Positions 24,621 through 38,304 of a DNA stretch of 64,000 bases are shown here, piece after piece. Every line of letters starts with the position of its first letter. Position 1 is the stretch's first letter. The notes under the pieces are model-generated. The model ran no database searches and was not told where the DNA came from. It saw only the letters and a list, made by a program, of their open reading frames with translations. The DNA comes from Okamejei kenojei (Eukaryota): contig CM069134.1 in NCBI GenBank assembly GCA_035221665.1, positions 121,458,001 to 121,522,000 on the forward strand, read 5' to 3'. Position numbers and translations under genes: made by a program.

Positions 24621-26006
24621 TGAAACACAACAGGAAAGATGTCACTGTTTTCATAGACATTAATTATTTCTTAATAATTAAGAGGCAAAAATAATCAACA
24701 TTTTAAAAGTATCTCAAAAGTACCTCAAAAAGAATCAACAAAATGCACATGCTGGTTTATACCAGAGATAGACACAACATGCTGGAGTAACAGCGGGTCA
24801 GGCAGCATCATTGGAGAAAAAGGACGGGTGACATTTTGAGTCGGGACCCTTCTTTAGACTGAAAGGGGGTGGCAGGGAGGGTGTGAAGAGCTGGAGGTGA
24901 GAAGAAATCAGGGCCGGGCAAACCGCAACAGACCTCAGCCAGGGCGTTGCCTGGTAAGCCCATTTTTGTGAAGGGAAGGGGTGACACCTCCGGAGATGCT
25001 GCATGTCCAGCACTTTATGATGAGCAACTCCAGCACTTTATGTAACATAAAATCAGTAAGAAAGAATTGCAGATGCTGGTTTAAATCAAAGGTAGGGACC
25101 CTTCTTCAGTCTGAAGAAAGGGTCTCGACCCGAAACCTCATCCATTCCTTCTCTCCAGAGATGCTGCCTGTCTCGCTGAATTACTCCAGCATTTTGTGTC
25201 TACTTCTAAAATCTGTTTCATTTATGAATCTTTACTTATTACTCAATTGTGAATTATGTATCTCCCACTGAATTCTTTATTCAACTTCTTTAATGTACCA
25301 AAATTAATAATAGCTTAGTATTTATAGAGGAATCATTATTCCTCCATAGTCTTGAAATATAATCATTATTAAATTAAGCCCTATTCCATGCATACATGAC
25401 CAGATCCAGATAAGGAGTTTGTGGTTGAAATTATCTGAAGGATATCTTCTATGATATATATCTGAATAGAGATAATTATTTAGTTTAATACTTTCCATGT
25501 CAATTCAAGGTAATTTTCCTTGAGAACATGATTTTCAATTGGGACCATTAAAATTCATAATTTTCATTCACAAGATCTTTTAATAAAGTGAAACGTAAAT
25601 CTGTCTATGATAAAGGGGTGCAAATGATTTTTTCCAAATAATACACAGTATCATGAGTTTATATTCTCTGGAGCTTAAAGGGATGAAATATTATCTCACT
25701 GAAATGCATTGTTCTTCAAAGATTTCCCATGGGGAGATGTCAGTCGGGGAACGTCAAACCACTTTGCAGTCTCAGAATAAAAAAAGGTTTCATCTGCAAA
25801 TACACTTGCTAGGGGCGAAAGGCAGGGCGTTTGTTTTGGAAATCCAAGTAGAATGTCTTTATGCACAGAACATAAGGGTCAGAAGCTGGGGGTTGACGTT
25901 CAGTAAGAAACGGGACTTGTTGCAGAGCTAAAGACAGTTTTCTAGCTTGTGATTTAGTTACAGGAAGATATGGTTCAGCTAAGGTTAGATATCGTCTGAC
26001 AACATA

Positions 26007-26219
26007 CAACATGTAGAAAGACACAAAATGCTGGAGTAACTCGGCGGGACAGGCAGCATCTCTGGAGAGAAGGAATGGGTGACATTTCGGGTCAATTTCA
26101 TGACCCGAAATGTCACCCATTCCTTCTCTCCAGAGATGCTGCCTGTCCCGCCGAGTTACTCTAGTATTTTGTGTCTATCTTCGGTGTAAACCAGCATCTG
26201 CAGTTCCTTATTACACATA
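26007..26219. mobile_element. Fold-back mini-PLE: 76-bp inverted arms, 6-nt loop
   Basis: Arms 26019-26094 and 26101-26176 (2 mismatches); TSD ctgacaacata at 25996-26006 and 26220-26230. Confidence 0.85.
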
Positions 26220-26703
26220 CTGACAACATATAAGCTCTAAAAAGATTTGATTATGGAATACCAATGTGTTTTGTGAATACCAGACAGCTATATACTTCTC
26301 CACACATGCTGAGCCACTCAGTTTATTATTGAACATATTCTTCAAATTCCCACATCTATTTTATCCCCATTCTGATTTTTTTTTCTGATTCAGCATCCAT
26401 TAATTTCTCAGCAAAGACATTTTTGCCACTTTATGCTTAAATAGCTGGCCTTTCATCTTGAGGATATGACTTGTAATTCTACACTCCCCAGCTAGAGGAA
26501 GCAGCCTATGGGAACCTATCCCATCGAGACCGTGAAGTTTTTTTTTAAATTGCATTTCAATGGTATCACATTTCATACCTTTAAGCACCAGGAAATATTA
26601 GCTCATTCTGCTAAATAAGAAATCAAGGCTTCTCTTTAAGAATATATGTATTTAGTTAAGGGAGTTAAATTTGATTTATCTTGATTTGTCTAATTTGATT
26701 TAG

Positions 26704-27130
26704 TGAACGGAGAAGCAGTATCATCACGACCGCTAACACCTCCATCAGCATCATCCTCATCTTCACCAACAATAACAGCGACAATAACTGCTGGCAGTGG
26801 AATTATTCCAGAATCCACGGAGACTTCGACCTCCATCGTTTGCACTACTACAACTGTTACTACTACTACGAGTACAACTTTACCTTCCACGTGTGCAGCA
26901 AGTTCAACGGAAACAACTGTGGCTGCTGCAGGCAACAACGCGACTTCACCACCGACTACATGCATTGGGGCATCTGCTGATGTTTCTTCAGCGGACACCG
27001 CCACGGACCCTGCTGACAGAAGCAATACCGCCGTAGACAGCGGAAAACCTAGACATTCAACTTCAAATGCATCCACTGGGCCTGTGAGACAACAGCCCAA
27101 CAGCATCAACGTAGAACCACTGCCAGCTGG
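26704..27130 (+). CDS. WWP1: WWP1 coding exon 7, Ser/Thr-rich linker ending PVRQQ...EPLPAG
   Basis: gatttag|TG ... GG|gtatgt; 427 nt; ORF 26703..27218. Confidence 0.92.
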
Positions 27131-27279
27131 GTATGTACAAGAACATTCATCAACTTTGTCTATTAAAATAGACAAAATTTTGTTCAGACCGAAAGGTCTG
27201 AATGACAATAAAGGATAGTTTACTTTACTTTACTTTAGAAAGCCTTAAAACGTATAGTTATCAGTGTCTGTGGAAAGAT

Positions 27280-27740
27280 TGTTTAGTTTAGGGATACAAT
27301 GCAGATACGAGCACTATGGACACAGAGTCTGCACCGACCAGCGATTCCCCGCATATTAACTCTATCCTGCACACTCTATGGACAATTTACAATTTTACCA
27401 AAGCCAATTAATCTACAAACCTGTATGTCTGGAGTGTGGGAGGAAACTGGAGCTCCCGGGGAAAACCCACGCAGGTCATAAAGTACAAACTCCCTGCAGA
27501 CAAATCCTTGATCGGACTTTGCTGGCTTTACCTTGCACTAAACTTTATTATCTAATCATGTATCTATACACTGTAAATGGCTCGATTGTAATCATGTATT
27601 GTCTATCTGCTGACTGGATAGCACGCAACAAAAGCTTTGCACTGTACCTCAGCACACGTGACAATAGACTAAACTCAATTAATCAAGCACCTGTAGCCAG
27701 GATTGAACCCGCGTGCATGGCGCTGCGCCACTGTGGCACC
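27280..27740 (-). mobile_element. V-SINE interrupted by a + strand Rex 3' fragment (about 27505-27680)
   Basis: V-SINE motifs either side of gatcggactttgctgg...acgtgacaatagactaaac. Confidence 0.7.
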
Positions 27741-29193
27741 CTAATCAAGAAAGAGTGATAACTTAAAGGAAGTTTTATTTGACACTTGTGAATTATCCAT
27801 CACTTTAAAAAAATGTGCACCATTTCATTATGAATAATGTGTATAATGAACAAAATTATAAAAAATAAATTTGCTTAGTATCTGTGTTCTCAGCAAACAT
27901 TTTGTTACAATTTTGTAATGGGTACAGATTGTAATCTTTCCTTAAGGGTGATTTTAGCCCTGGGTATTCATATACTCTGATTACCACCCCCTGTTCTGAT
28001 ATCTCTTTTAACATGATGATTATGCCTGGATATGAATTGCATCTGAATAGTGGATATTTGCTGTCCATTGTTTAAAGTTAGGCTCGTCCTATTAAATGGT
28101 ACTTAATATTTAGGATCCCTGGCCGGGCAGATTTCTTCCATCATATTCTCCTTCCACGTACCTGAGACAGTAATACTGCTTGATTGAATTTCGTAAACAA
28201 AGCAAGGACCTAGAATTAACAGATGTTTACCTAATGGTCTCCCTATGACCACGTGAGTTTTCTCCGGGTGCTCTTGTTTCCTCCATCATCCCAAAGATGT
28301 GCAGGTTTGTAGGTTAATTGGCTTCTGTAAAATGTCCCTAATATGTAGGATAGAACTAGTGTAGCGGACATCATTGGTCTGCGCCGACTCGATGGGCCGA
28401 AGGGCCTGTTTCTACACTATATCTCTAAATAAACTAAAAGATACAATTGGAACAGAATAAAACTGGGAGAAAGGGATTGTGATGGAGGGCAAAGCCGAAG
28501 CATTTGAGTGTGTAAAGTGCATTTCTAAATAAGCCAGGATGTGTTTTATTCATGGATGGATTCAGAAGTGGAAGGGGATTAAGGGTATTCTGCAGTGACC
28601 AGCTTTATCGCAATGAAGGCATCGAGGCCACATGGAATGGCCAAGAGGTAAGACATGAAATGACTTAAGGAAGAGAGGAAATTGAACTCAGACAGGAAAA
28701 GCTTGAACTGAGAGAGAGTTGAAATTGTAAATGAAAATCATGTTGTACTCTGGTGTTAGAAGGAAAGCGATGAAGTATGAGGAAGATTTTACGGTTCTAG
28801 GATGCTTAGATGTGAAATGAGTGAGGTTGGTAACAAGGTAAGCAAAATGAGGTTCAGATCAAAATGTGATTTTGCCACTATCACTGTCGATGGGTACACA
28901 GTGAAAGATACAGTTTGTAGTAGAAATTTCCTTCACGAAACAATGAAAAGTTAAGCAACGTTGATTGGATGTGGAGGGCAGAACAGTAAAAATGACAATA
29001 GAGGAGAATTTAGGTAAAGAGAAGGATAAAGAGATTAAACTAGTACCTTCATCTGAAAAGATTTACTTATTTTGTTTTTCTGTTTAAAAAAAAAGTTATA
29101 CTGCTCATTTTATCTCCTAAACTGTATAATAAATGTATGATGCTGCAATAAACTGTTGGAATAAAACTTCTCCTAAACTAATTCACTCTCTGA

Positions 29194-29292
<99 letters not shown>

Positions 29293-29334
29293 TGAGTGAT
29301 ACTGAGTAAGCCATTCATTTGAACCTGTTTGTGA

Positions 29335-29577
<243 letters not shown>

Positions 29578-29850
29578 TAATCTGCTTCAAAAAGCAATGT
29601 GTACTGCCATTGATGTTTACAACCCGAAACATCACCTATCTAAAGATGCTGTCTGACCTGCTGATTTTCTCCAGCACTCTGTCTTTTTCTTGTAAACCAG
29701 CATCTGCAGTTCCCTGTGTCTCTATTTTACTGCAAATTATTGCTATTCTATAGTATTAAGTGAGAAACTGTATTTTCAATCGACAGCCAGAATTGTTTGC
29801 CTTGTTCTTTCAATTCAGCCAGAATTGTTTTTTCTTGTTTAGAGAATTTA

Positions 29851-29880
<30 letters not shown>
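29851..29880. repeat. (AAT)10 microsatellite
   Basis: aataataataataataataataataataat. Confidence 0.9.
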
Positions 29881-29881
<1 letters not shown>

Positions 29882-30059
29882 CTCGCATTTTCTTTTTAGC
29901 TACTTGAAGTTTAATAAGGGGTGGAGTCATCAAATAAATATCTCTTCCACTCTGCGGCTTATTAAAAGTCAGATTTACAGCTGACGATGTTCATACAATG
30001 AATTGTACAACACGGCTGCCAGGCATTTCAGTGCAGAGGGAAATTGAGTATGTCTCATT

Positions 30060-30235
30060 GTAGAAACAAGGAACTGCAGCTGCTGGTTAATACACAAGAG
30101 AACACAATGTGCTGGAGTAACTGAGCAGGTCAGGCAACATCTCTGGAGAACATGGATATGTCTGAAGAAGGGTCTCTAGCCAAAACATCACCTATCCATA
30201 TTCTCCAGATATGCTGCCTGACCAGCTGTGTTTTC
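30060..30235. mobile_element. Degenerate fold-back mini-PLE
   Basis: ctggagaacatggatatgt-ctgaagaagggtc...aaacatc-acctatccatattctccag. Confidence 0.7.
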
Positions 30236-30421
30236 TTTGAGAGAAACATTGTTTAACTCATTGTCTCTTTGTAGAATAAATGTTACAGAACAAATTAAGG
30301 GTGAACATTAAATTAAGATGAGTATCTGAACTGTAGGTTGGTGATGTTGGTGCCTAACATTACATAATGTCATATATGTTTTGAATCTAGAGCACTAAAT
30401 TAGGTTGTTTTTTCGCAACAG

Positions 30422-30476
30422 GCCTCAATGTTATCGGCAGAAAATGATCCACTTGGTCCACTACCACCAGGCTGGG
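30422..30476 (+). CDS. WWP1: WWP1 coding exon 10 (ASMLSAENDPLGPLPPGW)
   Basis: gcaacag|GCC ... G|gtatgt; 55 nt. Confidence 0.95.
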
Positions 30477-30659
30477 GTATGTTTGAAATCAATTTTGTCA
30501 ATATTATACCTCACTGTTTTAAGTAAGGAGATGTATTAAGTCAATTATTCAGGAATTTTGTCTATTCCTAAACTGGAGAAGCTGTGATTCGAAATCTCTT
30601 CAAATCTGCCATTGTAGTCTAATCACAGAGGGATTAAGCCTGAAAAAGGAAATTGTCGC

Positions 30660-31950
30660 AATCCATTCCCTCCACGGATGCTGAGTTACTTGCACTCTGT
30701 GTTTTGCCATGGTCATCTGGCAGGCTGACCTCCACTGTGCTGAGGCAGGTGTCAGCTCTCAGACACCAGCTCATACACACCTCTTGACCATGACCCCACT
30801 GACGAACAACAGGTTGCCATCTCCCAAACCATCACCAAACACCTCCTCTGGAGATCTCCTCTCCACTGTCCCTAACCTTATTGTTCCCCAAACCCACACT
30901 GCTTGTTTCTATCTCTTTCCAAAAATCCACAAGCAGGACTGCTCTGATGATTCCATTGTCTCTGTCTGCTCAGGTTGCATCAAACTCATCTCTAAATACC
31001 TTGATTGTACCTTGACCCCTCGTCCAGTCACTTCCAACTTGCATCCGAGACACCTCGCATGCTCTTCACTACTTGAAGCATCTTCCAATTCCGAGGCCCG
31101 CATCACCTCATCTTTACCATGCATGTCCAATTGATTACTCTCAAACCCACTCTCACAGCTACCTTGACTACATCTCCTCCCACGCTGCTTCTTGCAAGGA
31201 TACTCTTAATTTCTCAATCACTGACGCATCTGCTCCCAGGATGATCCTTTCCATTCCAGGACATCTGAGATGTACTCTTTCTACAGTAAACGTGGTTCTT
31301 CCCCCCCATCCCTCTCCCAATGCTGTAGATGGAGCTGTCAACCGCATCTTCTCTGTGTCTGACAGTTTGGCTCTTGCTCCCCTCACTGCAGATGAAACAA
31401 GGATATAGTCCTCTCTTTTCACCTCACCATCCTCTACATCCAACACATCTTTCTCTGAATTTTCTAACACCTTCAACGTGATCCCTCCACTAGTTTCATC
31501 TACCCAATGTGCTATCCTGTTCCATTTTCCGTTGGGCTCATTGGTTTGTTCATCTCTTCCCATCCAACCTGTCCCCTCCCCAGATACTATCCCCGCAGGA
31601 GATGTAACACCTGGACCCACACCTTGTCTCTCCATTCTATTCATAGACTACAGCCTTTCCGGGTGAGACAGAGGCTCATGTGCACCTCTTCCAATCTTCT
31701 CTACTGCATTCAGCGCTACCAATGTGACCTCCTGTACATCAGCAAGACCAAGCATAGACCTGGTGGCCATTTCACCAAAAACCTGCCCTCTGTCCACCAA
31801 GGCTTGCTGGATCTCGCGGTTGCTAACCGTTTGAACTACCCACCCATTCCCATGCCAACCTTTCTGTCCTTGGCCTCCTCCATTGCCAGAGTAAGGCCAC
31901 ATGCAAACTGGAAGAACAGCAGCTCAAATTCTGCTTGGGTAGCTTATCTT
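30660..31950 (+). mobile_element. Older degenerate Penelope-like element (RT and GIY-YIG remnants)
   Basis: FYLFPKIHK, SYLDYISSH, NLLYCIQRYQCDLLYISKTK motifs. Confidence 0.8.
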
Positions 31951-32393
31951 TCCATTGCTTATTGATTGAAGTATAAAGTGACATTTATATATTAGATGAG
32001 AAAATTATGTTGGACTTCAACTAAATAATTAGCAATTAATTAAATAATCAACAAAATTGCCAACAAGGTAGAAATGACCGATGAAATCTGGCATTTACGA
32101 AGGAGTTTTTTGTTTTACACATGCAGAAAGATAAACATATATTTCCAACACCTGTAGTTTCTGTATTATTTTCATTAGTTTTAGTGTTATTCACTGTACA
32201 GAGATAGAAGTCAAACAATATGAAATCCTGAATTGAAGGGTTTAAATTTTCTCACCGCATCATGATTTTTCCAAACTCTGTCTTTTCCTACTTGATTTCG
32301 AAAGGGAGAATTAATTGTAATTGCTAACAAATCATGCAGAATGCAACACCTGGCCCCCACCACACATACATGTCCTTCCTTTTCTTGAAGTAA

Positions 32394-32528
<135 letters not shown>

Positions 32529-32887
32529 TAAGAAGGCATGTAAATATGTGGGTTCCTTAAGCCCAATTGAAGCAATAATATATTAATTAAATTGCTTATA
32601 ATTTCCCATTTGTTCTACTATAATCAATTTGTTCTATTTAATCATCGGAATATTTCAGGATTGTTTTCTTGCTTCAAAGAGTATTTATATAAAGTAGTCA
32701 ATCCATGAATTAATGTATTACTCCAAAAATTCATGAGTGAATTTTAAAAATGAGGTAACGCTGATTTCTCACGGATGATTGTTCTGAGATGATTTGTAAG
32801 GACGTGTAATTTCTGTGGATTTGTAAGTGAATTTACCAGATTTAAACTATTGTGCATAAATAATAAAATAATCTCAATAGCACTTAA

Positions 32888-33131
32888 TGTTTTACTGTCA
32901 ATAATTGAAAATATATATAAATCAATTACTTTCTACAATTTGCAATTATATCTGCATGATGAGCCAGTGCATAGTAGGAGATAAAGCTCTTGGGATAAAT
33001 CTTATTTGTGTTTTACTGTCAATAATTGAAAATATATATAAATCAATTACTTTCTACAATTTGCAATTATATCTGCATGATGAGCCAGTGCATAGTAGGA
33101 GATAAAGCTCTTGGGATAAATCTTATTTGTG
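32888..33131. repeat. Perfect tandem duplication, 121-bp unit x2
   Basis: gttttactgtc...cttatttgt repeats at 32889 and 33010 with no mismatch seen. Confidence 0.92.
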
Positions 33132-33733
33132 CAACGTAGCAAGATTGAGATCGGTGAAAGCATGAATTGAATAATGTGGATATTTTGTGGAGACTCAAGA
33201 TAATAGATGAAGCAGGAAGAGATTTGGGGGGTGGGGGGAGGAAATATAGGCTTGAAGAAGGATGAAATAGGTTAAGCAAAGCAGAGATTCAAATTATATT
33301 TTATCTGTTGGAAAATAGAAGGCTGCAGAGGCCAAGAATGGATATTTATAAGGCAGAGATTGATAGATTCTTGATTCGTACAGGTGTCAGGGGTTATGGG
33401 GAGGAGGCAAGAGAATGGGGTTGAGAAGGAAAGATAGATCAGCCATGATTGATGATGAAGTAGACTTGATGGGCCGAATGGCCTAATTCTGCTCCTATCA
33501 CTTTTGAACATGAAAATAAATAGGGCCCTACATATTGAAGGAATGATCAGACATAACAAAATGAATTATAAACATAACTCAACTTGACATTGTAAGAAAC
33601 CTTGGGGCACTTGTCTGTCAAGGTTCCGTGTTTATTCAAAATGAGCAATATGCCATGTGTTTTCATTTTATATTGAGAATGATTTGCAGATGTCCATCTT
33701 TTCTATTCTACATCTTGCCGGTTATTGTTTTAA

Positions 33734-33895
<162 letters not shown>

Positions 33896-34739
33896 TAAGT
33901 TTAATTCTTGAACAAATATGAAAGAACAAAACAATGAGCTTGGGTAGAATGGATGTGGAGAAGATGTTTCCACTAGTGGGATAGTCTAGGTCTAGAGGTC
34001 ATAGCCTCAGTATTAAAGGACGTCCCTTTAGGAAGGAGATGACGTGGAATTGCTTTTGTCAGAGGATAGTGAATCTGTGGAATTCTTTGCCCCAGAAGGC
34101 TGTGGAGGCCAAGTCAATAGATATTTTTAAGGCAGAGATAGATAGATTCATGATTAGGACAAGTGTCAGGGGTTATGGGGAGAAGGCAGGAGAATGGGGT
34201 TAGGATGGAGCCATGATTGAATGACAGAGTACATTTGATGGGACCTTATAAGGAGTTGATGTACTGCACCTGTATTCCAGTTGTCATTTCCCCAGTTTTC
34301 TTCAGAATTAAGTCTCAGAATTAAGTTGTCTTTCCGCTGACTAGTTAGCACGCAACGAAAGCCTTTCACTGTGCCTGGGTACACGTGGCAATAGACTAAA
34401 CTCATTTCATGTTTCTGACAATTTTGCACATTGAAAGATAGAAAGTGGATATGTAGTTGTGTATAAAATTAAATACCTGATTCAAATCCAACCTCATTTT
34501 AATTCCACACATTCCAAACCTGAACCTGTGCATTTAGAATTTATCCCAAATTCAACCTAACAATCACCAACTACTTGATCAACTTGAGGATGAAATGCTA
34601 AATGAATGTACCCGAGGCTCTCAATTTCCCACAAGGCAAATCGTCCTGACTTGAATAAATTACTGAATTGCCAATGAATGGCTCAACCACAGCTAAATGA
34701 ATGAAAATAAGAATATTTGCTAATGAGAAATCAAAATAG

Positions 34740-37700
34740 GCCCCTAGGGGACCACCAATGCGGCTTCGCCGACCCTCGTCTCTCCTCCTCCCACCAAGGG
34801 GTCAGAGCCGTCGCCTCACCTGAGTTCCAGGCTCAGCACCGGGCCCACAGCCTCCAAAATGCAGACACACACACCATGTGGTCTGACTCTGATGGGTCCT
34901 CCTGCTTCCCTCCCTCCTCCGACAAGAAACCTCAGTAATGATGGGCCTTCCCCTCCCCCCATTTTTAACCAGGTTACCCCAACGACACCCCACCCATACA
35001 ATAGTCCTCATGCCCCCTCTGAACATCCACCATTCCCACCCCCCACCAGACCTCGCCTCGACTTCTGTCCAGTCTCCATCCTTCCTGACCCCCCCCCCCC
35101 TTTTTTTGATACGGAACGGTCTGTCTTCAGCAGAGGCCTCACCTTCGTTCTCCTCCGCCCCCACCTCAATGAGCTCAGGGTCCGCCTATGGGAAGGAGTC
35201 TTTATTTCTAACTGCAGGCGTGACATCAACCGCCTCAAATTTTCCACTTCCCTTACCTACTCTAACTGCAACCCCTCCAAACTTACAGCTCTTCGCTCAC
35301 TCTGCGGCAACCCCAACATTGATACTATCACCTTGAGGCCCCAGCTATGCCTGCCTCTTACATAGAAACATAGAAGTTAGGTGCAGGAGTAGGCCATTCG
35401 GCCCTGCGAGCCTGCACCGCCATTCAATATGATCATGGCTGATCATCCAACTCAGTATCCGGTACCTGCCTTCTCCCCATACCCTCTGCTCCCCCTAGCC
35501 ACAAGGGCCACATCTAACTCCCTCTTAAATATAGCCAATGAACTGCGTCCACTACCCTCTGTGGCAGAGAGTTCCAGAGACCCACCACTCACTGTGTGAA
35601 AAAAGTCCTTCTCATCTCAGTCCTAAAGGATTTCCCCCTTATCCTTAAGCTGTGACCCCTTGTCCTGGACCTCCCCAACATCGGGAACAATCTTCCTGCA
35701 TCTAGCCTGTCCAACCCCTTAAGAATTTTGTAAGTTTCTATAAGATCCCCTCTCAATCTCCTAAATTCTAGAGAGTATAAACCGAGTCTATCCAGTCTCT
35801 CTTCATAAGACAGTCCTGACATCCCAGGAATCAGTCTGGTGAACCTTCTCTGTACCCCCTCTATGACAATAACGTCCTTCCTCAGATTTGGAGACCAGAA
35901 CTGTACGCAATACTCCAGGTGTGGTCTCACCAAAACCCTGTACAAGTGAAGTAGAACCTCCCTGCTCCTATACTCAAATCCTTTTGCTATGAAAGCTAAC
36001 ATACCATTTGCTTTCTTCACTGCCTGCTGCACCTGCATGCACCTGCATGCCTACTTTCAATGACTGGTGTACCATGACACCCAGGTCGCGCTGCATCTCC
36101 CCTTTTCTTAATCAGCCACCATTTAGATAATCAGCCACCATTTAGATAATAGTCTGCTTTCCTGTTTTTCCCACCAAAGTGGATAACCACATTTATCCAC
36201 ATTATACTGCATCTGCCAAACATTTGTCCACTCACCCAGCCTATCCAAGTCACCTTGCAGCCTCCTAGCATCCTCCTCACAGCTAACATTGCCCCCCAGC
36301 TTAGTGTCATCCGCAAACTTGGAGATATTGCCTTCAATTCCCTTATCCAGATCATTAATGTATATTGTAAATAACTGAGGTCCCAGCACGGACCCTTGCG
36401 GTACCCCACTAGTCACTGCCTGCCATTGTGAAAAGGACCCGTTTACTCCTACTCTTTGCTTCCTGTTTGCCAGCCAGTTCTCTATCCACATCAATACTGA
36501 ACCCCCAATGCCGTATGCTTTAAGTTTGTATACTAATCTCTTATGTGGGACCTTGTCGAAAGCCTTCTGGAAGTCCAGGTACACCACATCTACTGGTTCT
36601 CCCCTATCCACGCTACTAGTTACATCCTCGAAAAATTCCACAAGATTCGTCAGACATGATTTACCTTTCGTAAATCCATGCTGACTTTGTCCAATGATTT
36701 CACAACTTTCCAAATGTGCTGCTATCCCATCTTTAATAACTGACTATAGCAGTTTCCCCACTACCGGTGTTAGACTAACTGGTCTGTAATTCCCCGTTTT
36801 CTCCCTCCCTCCCTTCTTAAAAAGAGGGGTTACATTTGCTACCCGCCAATCCTCAGGAACTACTCCAGAATCTAAAGAGTTTTGAAAGATTATCACTAAT
36901 GCATCCACTATTTCCAGAGCTACTTCCTTAAGTACTCTGGGATGCAGCCTATCTGGCCCTGGGGATTTATCGGCCTTTAATCCATTCAATTTACCCAACA
37001 CCACTTCCCGACTAACCTGGATTTCACTCAATTCCTCCTTTGACCCGCGGTCCCCTGCTATTTCCGGCAGGTTATTTATGTCCTCCTTTGTGAAGACGGA
37101 ACCAAAGTAGTTATTCAATTGGTCCGCCATATCCTTGTTCCCCATTATCAACTCACCTGTTTCTGACTGCAAGGGACCTACATTTGTTTTAACTAATCTC
37201 TTTCTCTTCACATATCTATAAAAACTTTTGCAGTCAGTTTTTATGTTCCCTGCCAGTTTTCTTTCATAATCTATGTTTCCTTTCCTAATTAAGCCCTTTG
37301 TCCTCCTCTGCTGGTCTCTGAATTTCTCCCAGTCCTCTGGTATGCTGCTTTTTCTGGCTACTTTGTACGCATCATCCTTTGCTTTGATACTATCCCTGAT
37401 TCCCCTTGTTATCCACGGATGCACTACCTTCCCTGATTTATTCTTTTGCCAAACTGGAATGAACAATTTTTGTAGTTCACCATGCAGTCTTTAAATGTAC
37501 TCTTTGTAGAGTACGTTGAACAATCCCTGTTCCAGGCGTACACTGGCCCTATCCCTGAACTCTATCTCCGTTACATTAATGACTGCATCAGTGCTACTTC
37601 CTGCACCCATGCAGAACTCATGGACTTCATCAACTTCACCACCAATTTTCATCCTGCACTCAAATTTACTTGGACCGTCTCCAAAACCTCCCTCCCCTTT

Positions 37701-38180
37701 CTTGATCTCACAGTCTCAATCACAGGAATTAGACTATTGGCTGATGTCTATTACAAACCCACTCACTTCCACAACTATCTCGACTACACTTCTTCCCACC
37801 CTACTTCCTGCAAAGACTTTATCTCCTACTCCCAATTCCTCCGTCTATGCCGCATCTGCGCCCAAGATAAGTTGTTCCATATCAGGACATCCGAGATGTC
37901 CTCATTCTTTAGGGAGCGGGGGTTCCCCTCTCCCATCATAGATGAGGCCCTCACTCGTGTCTCCTCGGTAGTCCACAGCTCCGCCCTGGCTCCCAGTATC
38001 ATCGTTACTTTTTTCGCTTATCTTTTATTCATTGTTCTTTCTCTTCACATCATTGTGTCTATCTCTCGTTTCTCTTATCCCTAACCAGTCTGAAGAAGGG
38101 TCCCGAAATGTCACCCATTCCTTCTCTCCAGAGATGCTGCCTGTCCTGCTGAGTTTCTCTAGTTTTTTGTGTCTATCTTT
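34740..38180 (+). mobile_element. Penelope-like element, internally deleted and split by a CR1 insertion
   Basis: ERSVFSRGLTF and CRRDINRL at 35.1-35.2 kb; ORF 37482..38084 LRYIND...VYYKPT...YSQFLRLCRIC; terminus at about 38090-38180. Confidence 0.8.
35361..37496 (-). mobile_element. Young CR1/HER1 LINE, 2.1 kb, RT domain largely intact but frameshifted
   Basis: ORFs 36744..37466, 36123..36713 and 35589..36038 (KSPGPD, NYRPVSLT, YLDFQKAFDKV, GVPQGSVLGP, KFADDTK). Confidence 0.95.
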
Positions 38181-38304
38181 ATTTTGACCCAAGCTCAGTA
38201 CGTACAGCCAAGTCCCTTTGGGCTTTTGTCAGAGAGTCGGGTTCAACCCAGAAGCAACGATGATATGTCAAAAGGCCACTTTCTATTGATGTTCTAATCC
38301 TGTG

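Noticed and set aside
26019-26176. Long hairpins as pre-miRNA or classical MITE
   Set aside because: Arms are PLE terminal sequence and TSDs are 11-12 bp and variable; better explained as fold-back PLE insertions.
26690-27208. 172-aa minus-strand ORF rich in Val/Ala
   Set aside because: Antisense shadow of the Thr/Ser-rich WWP1 exon 7; no independent gene signals.
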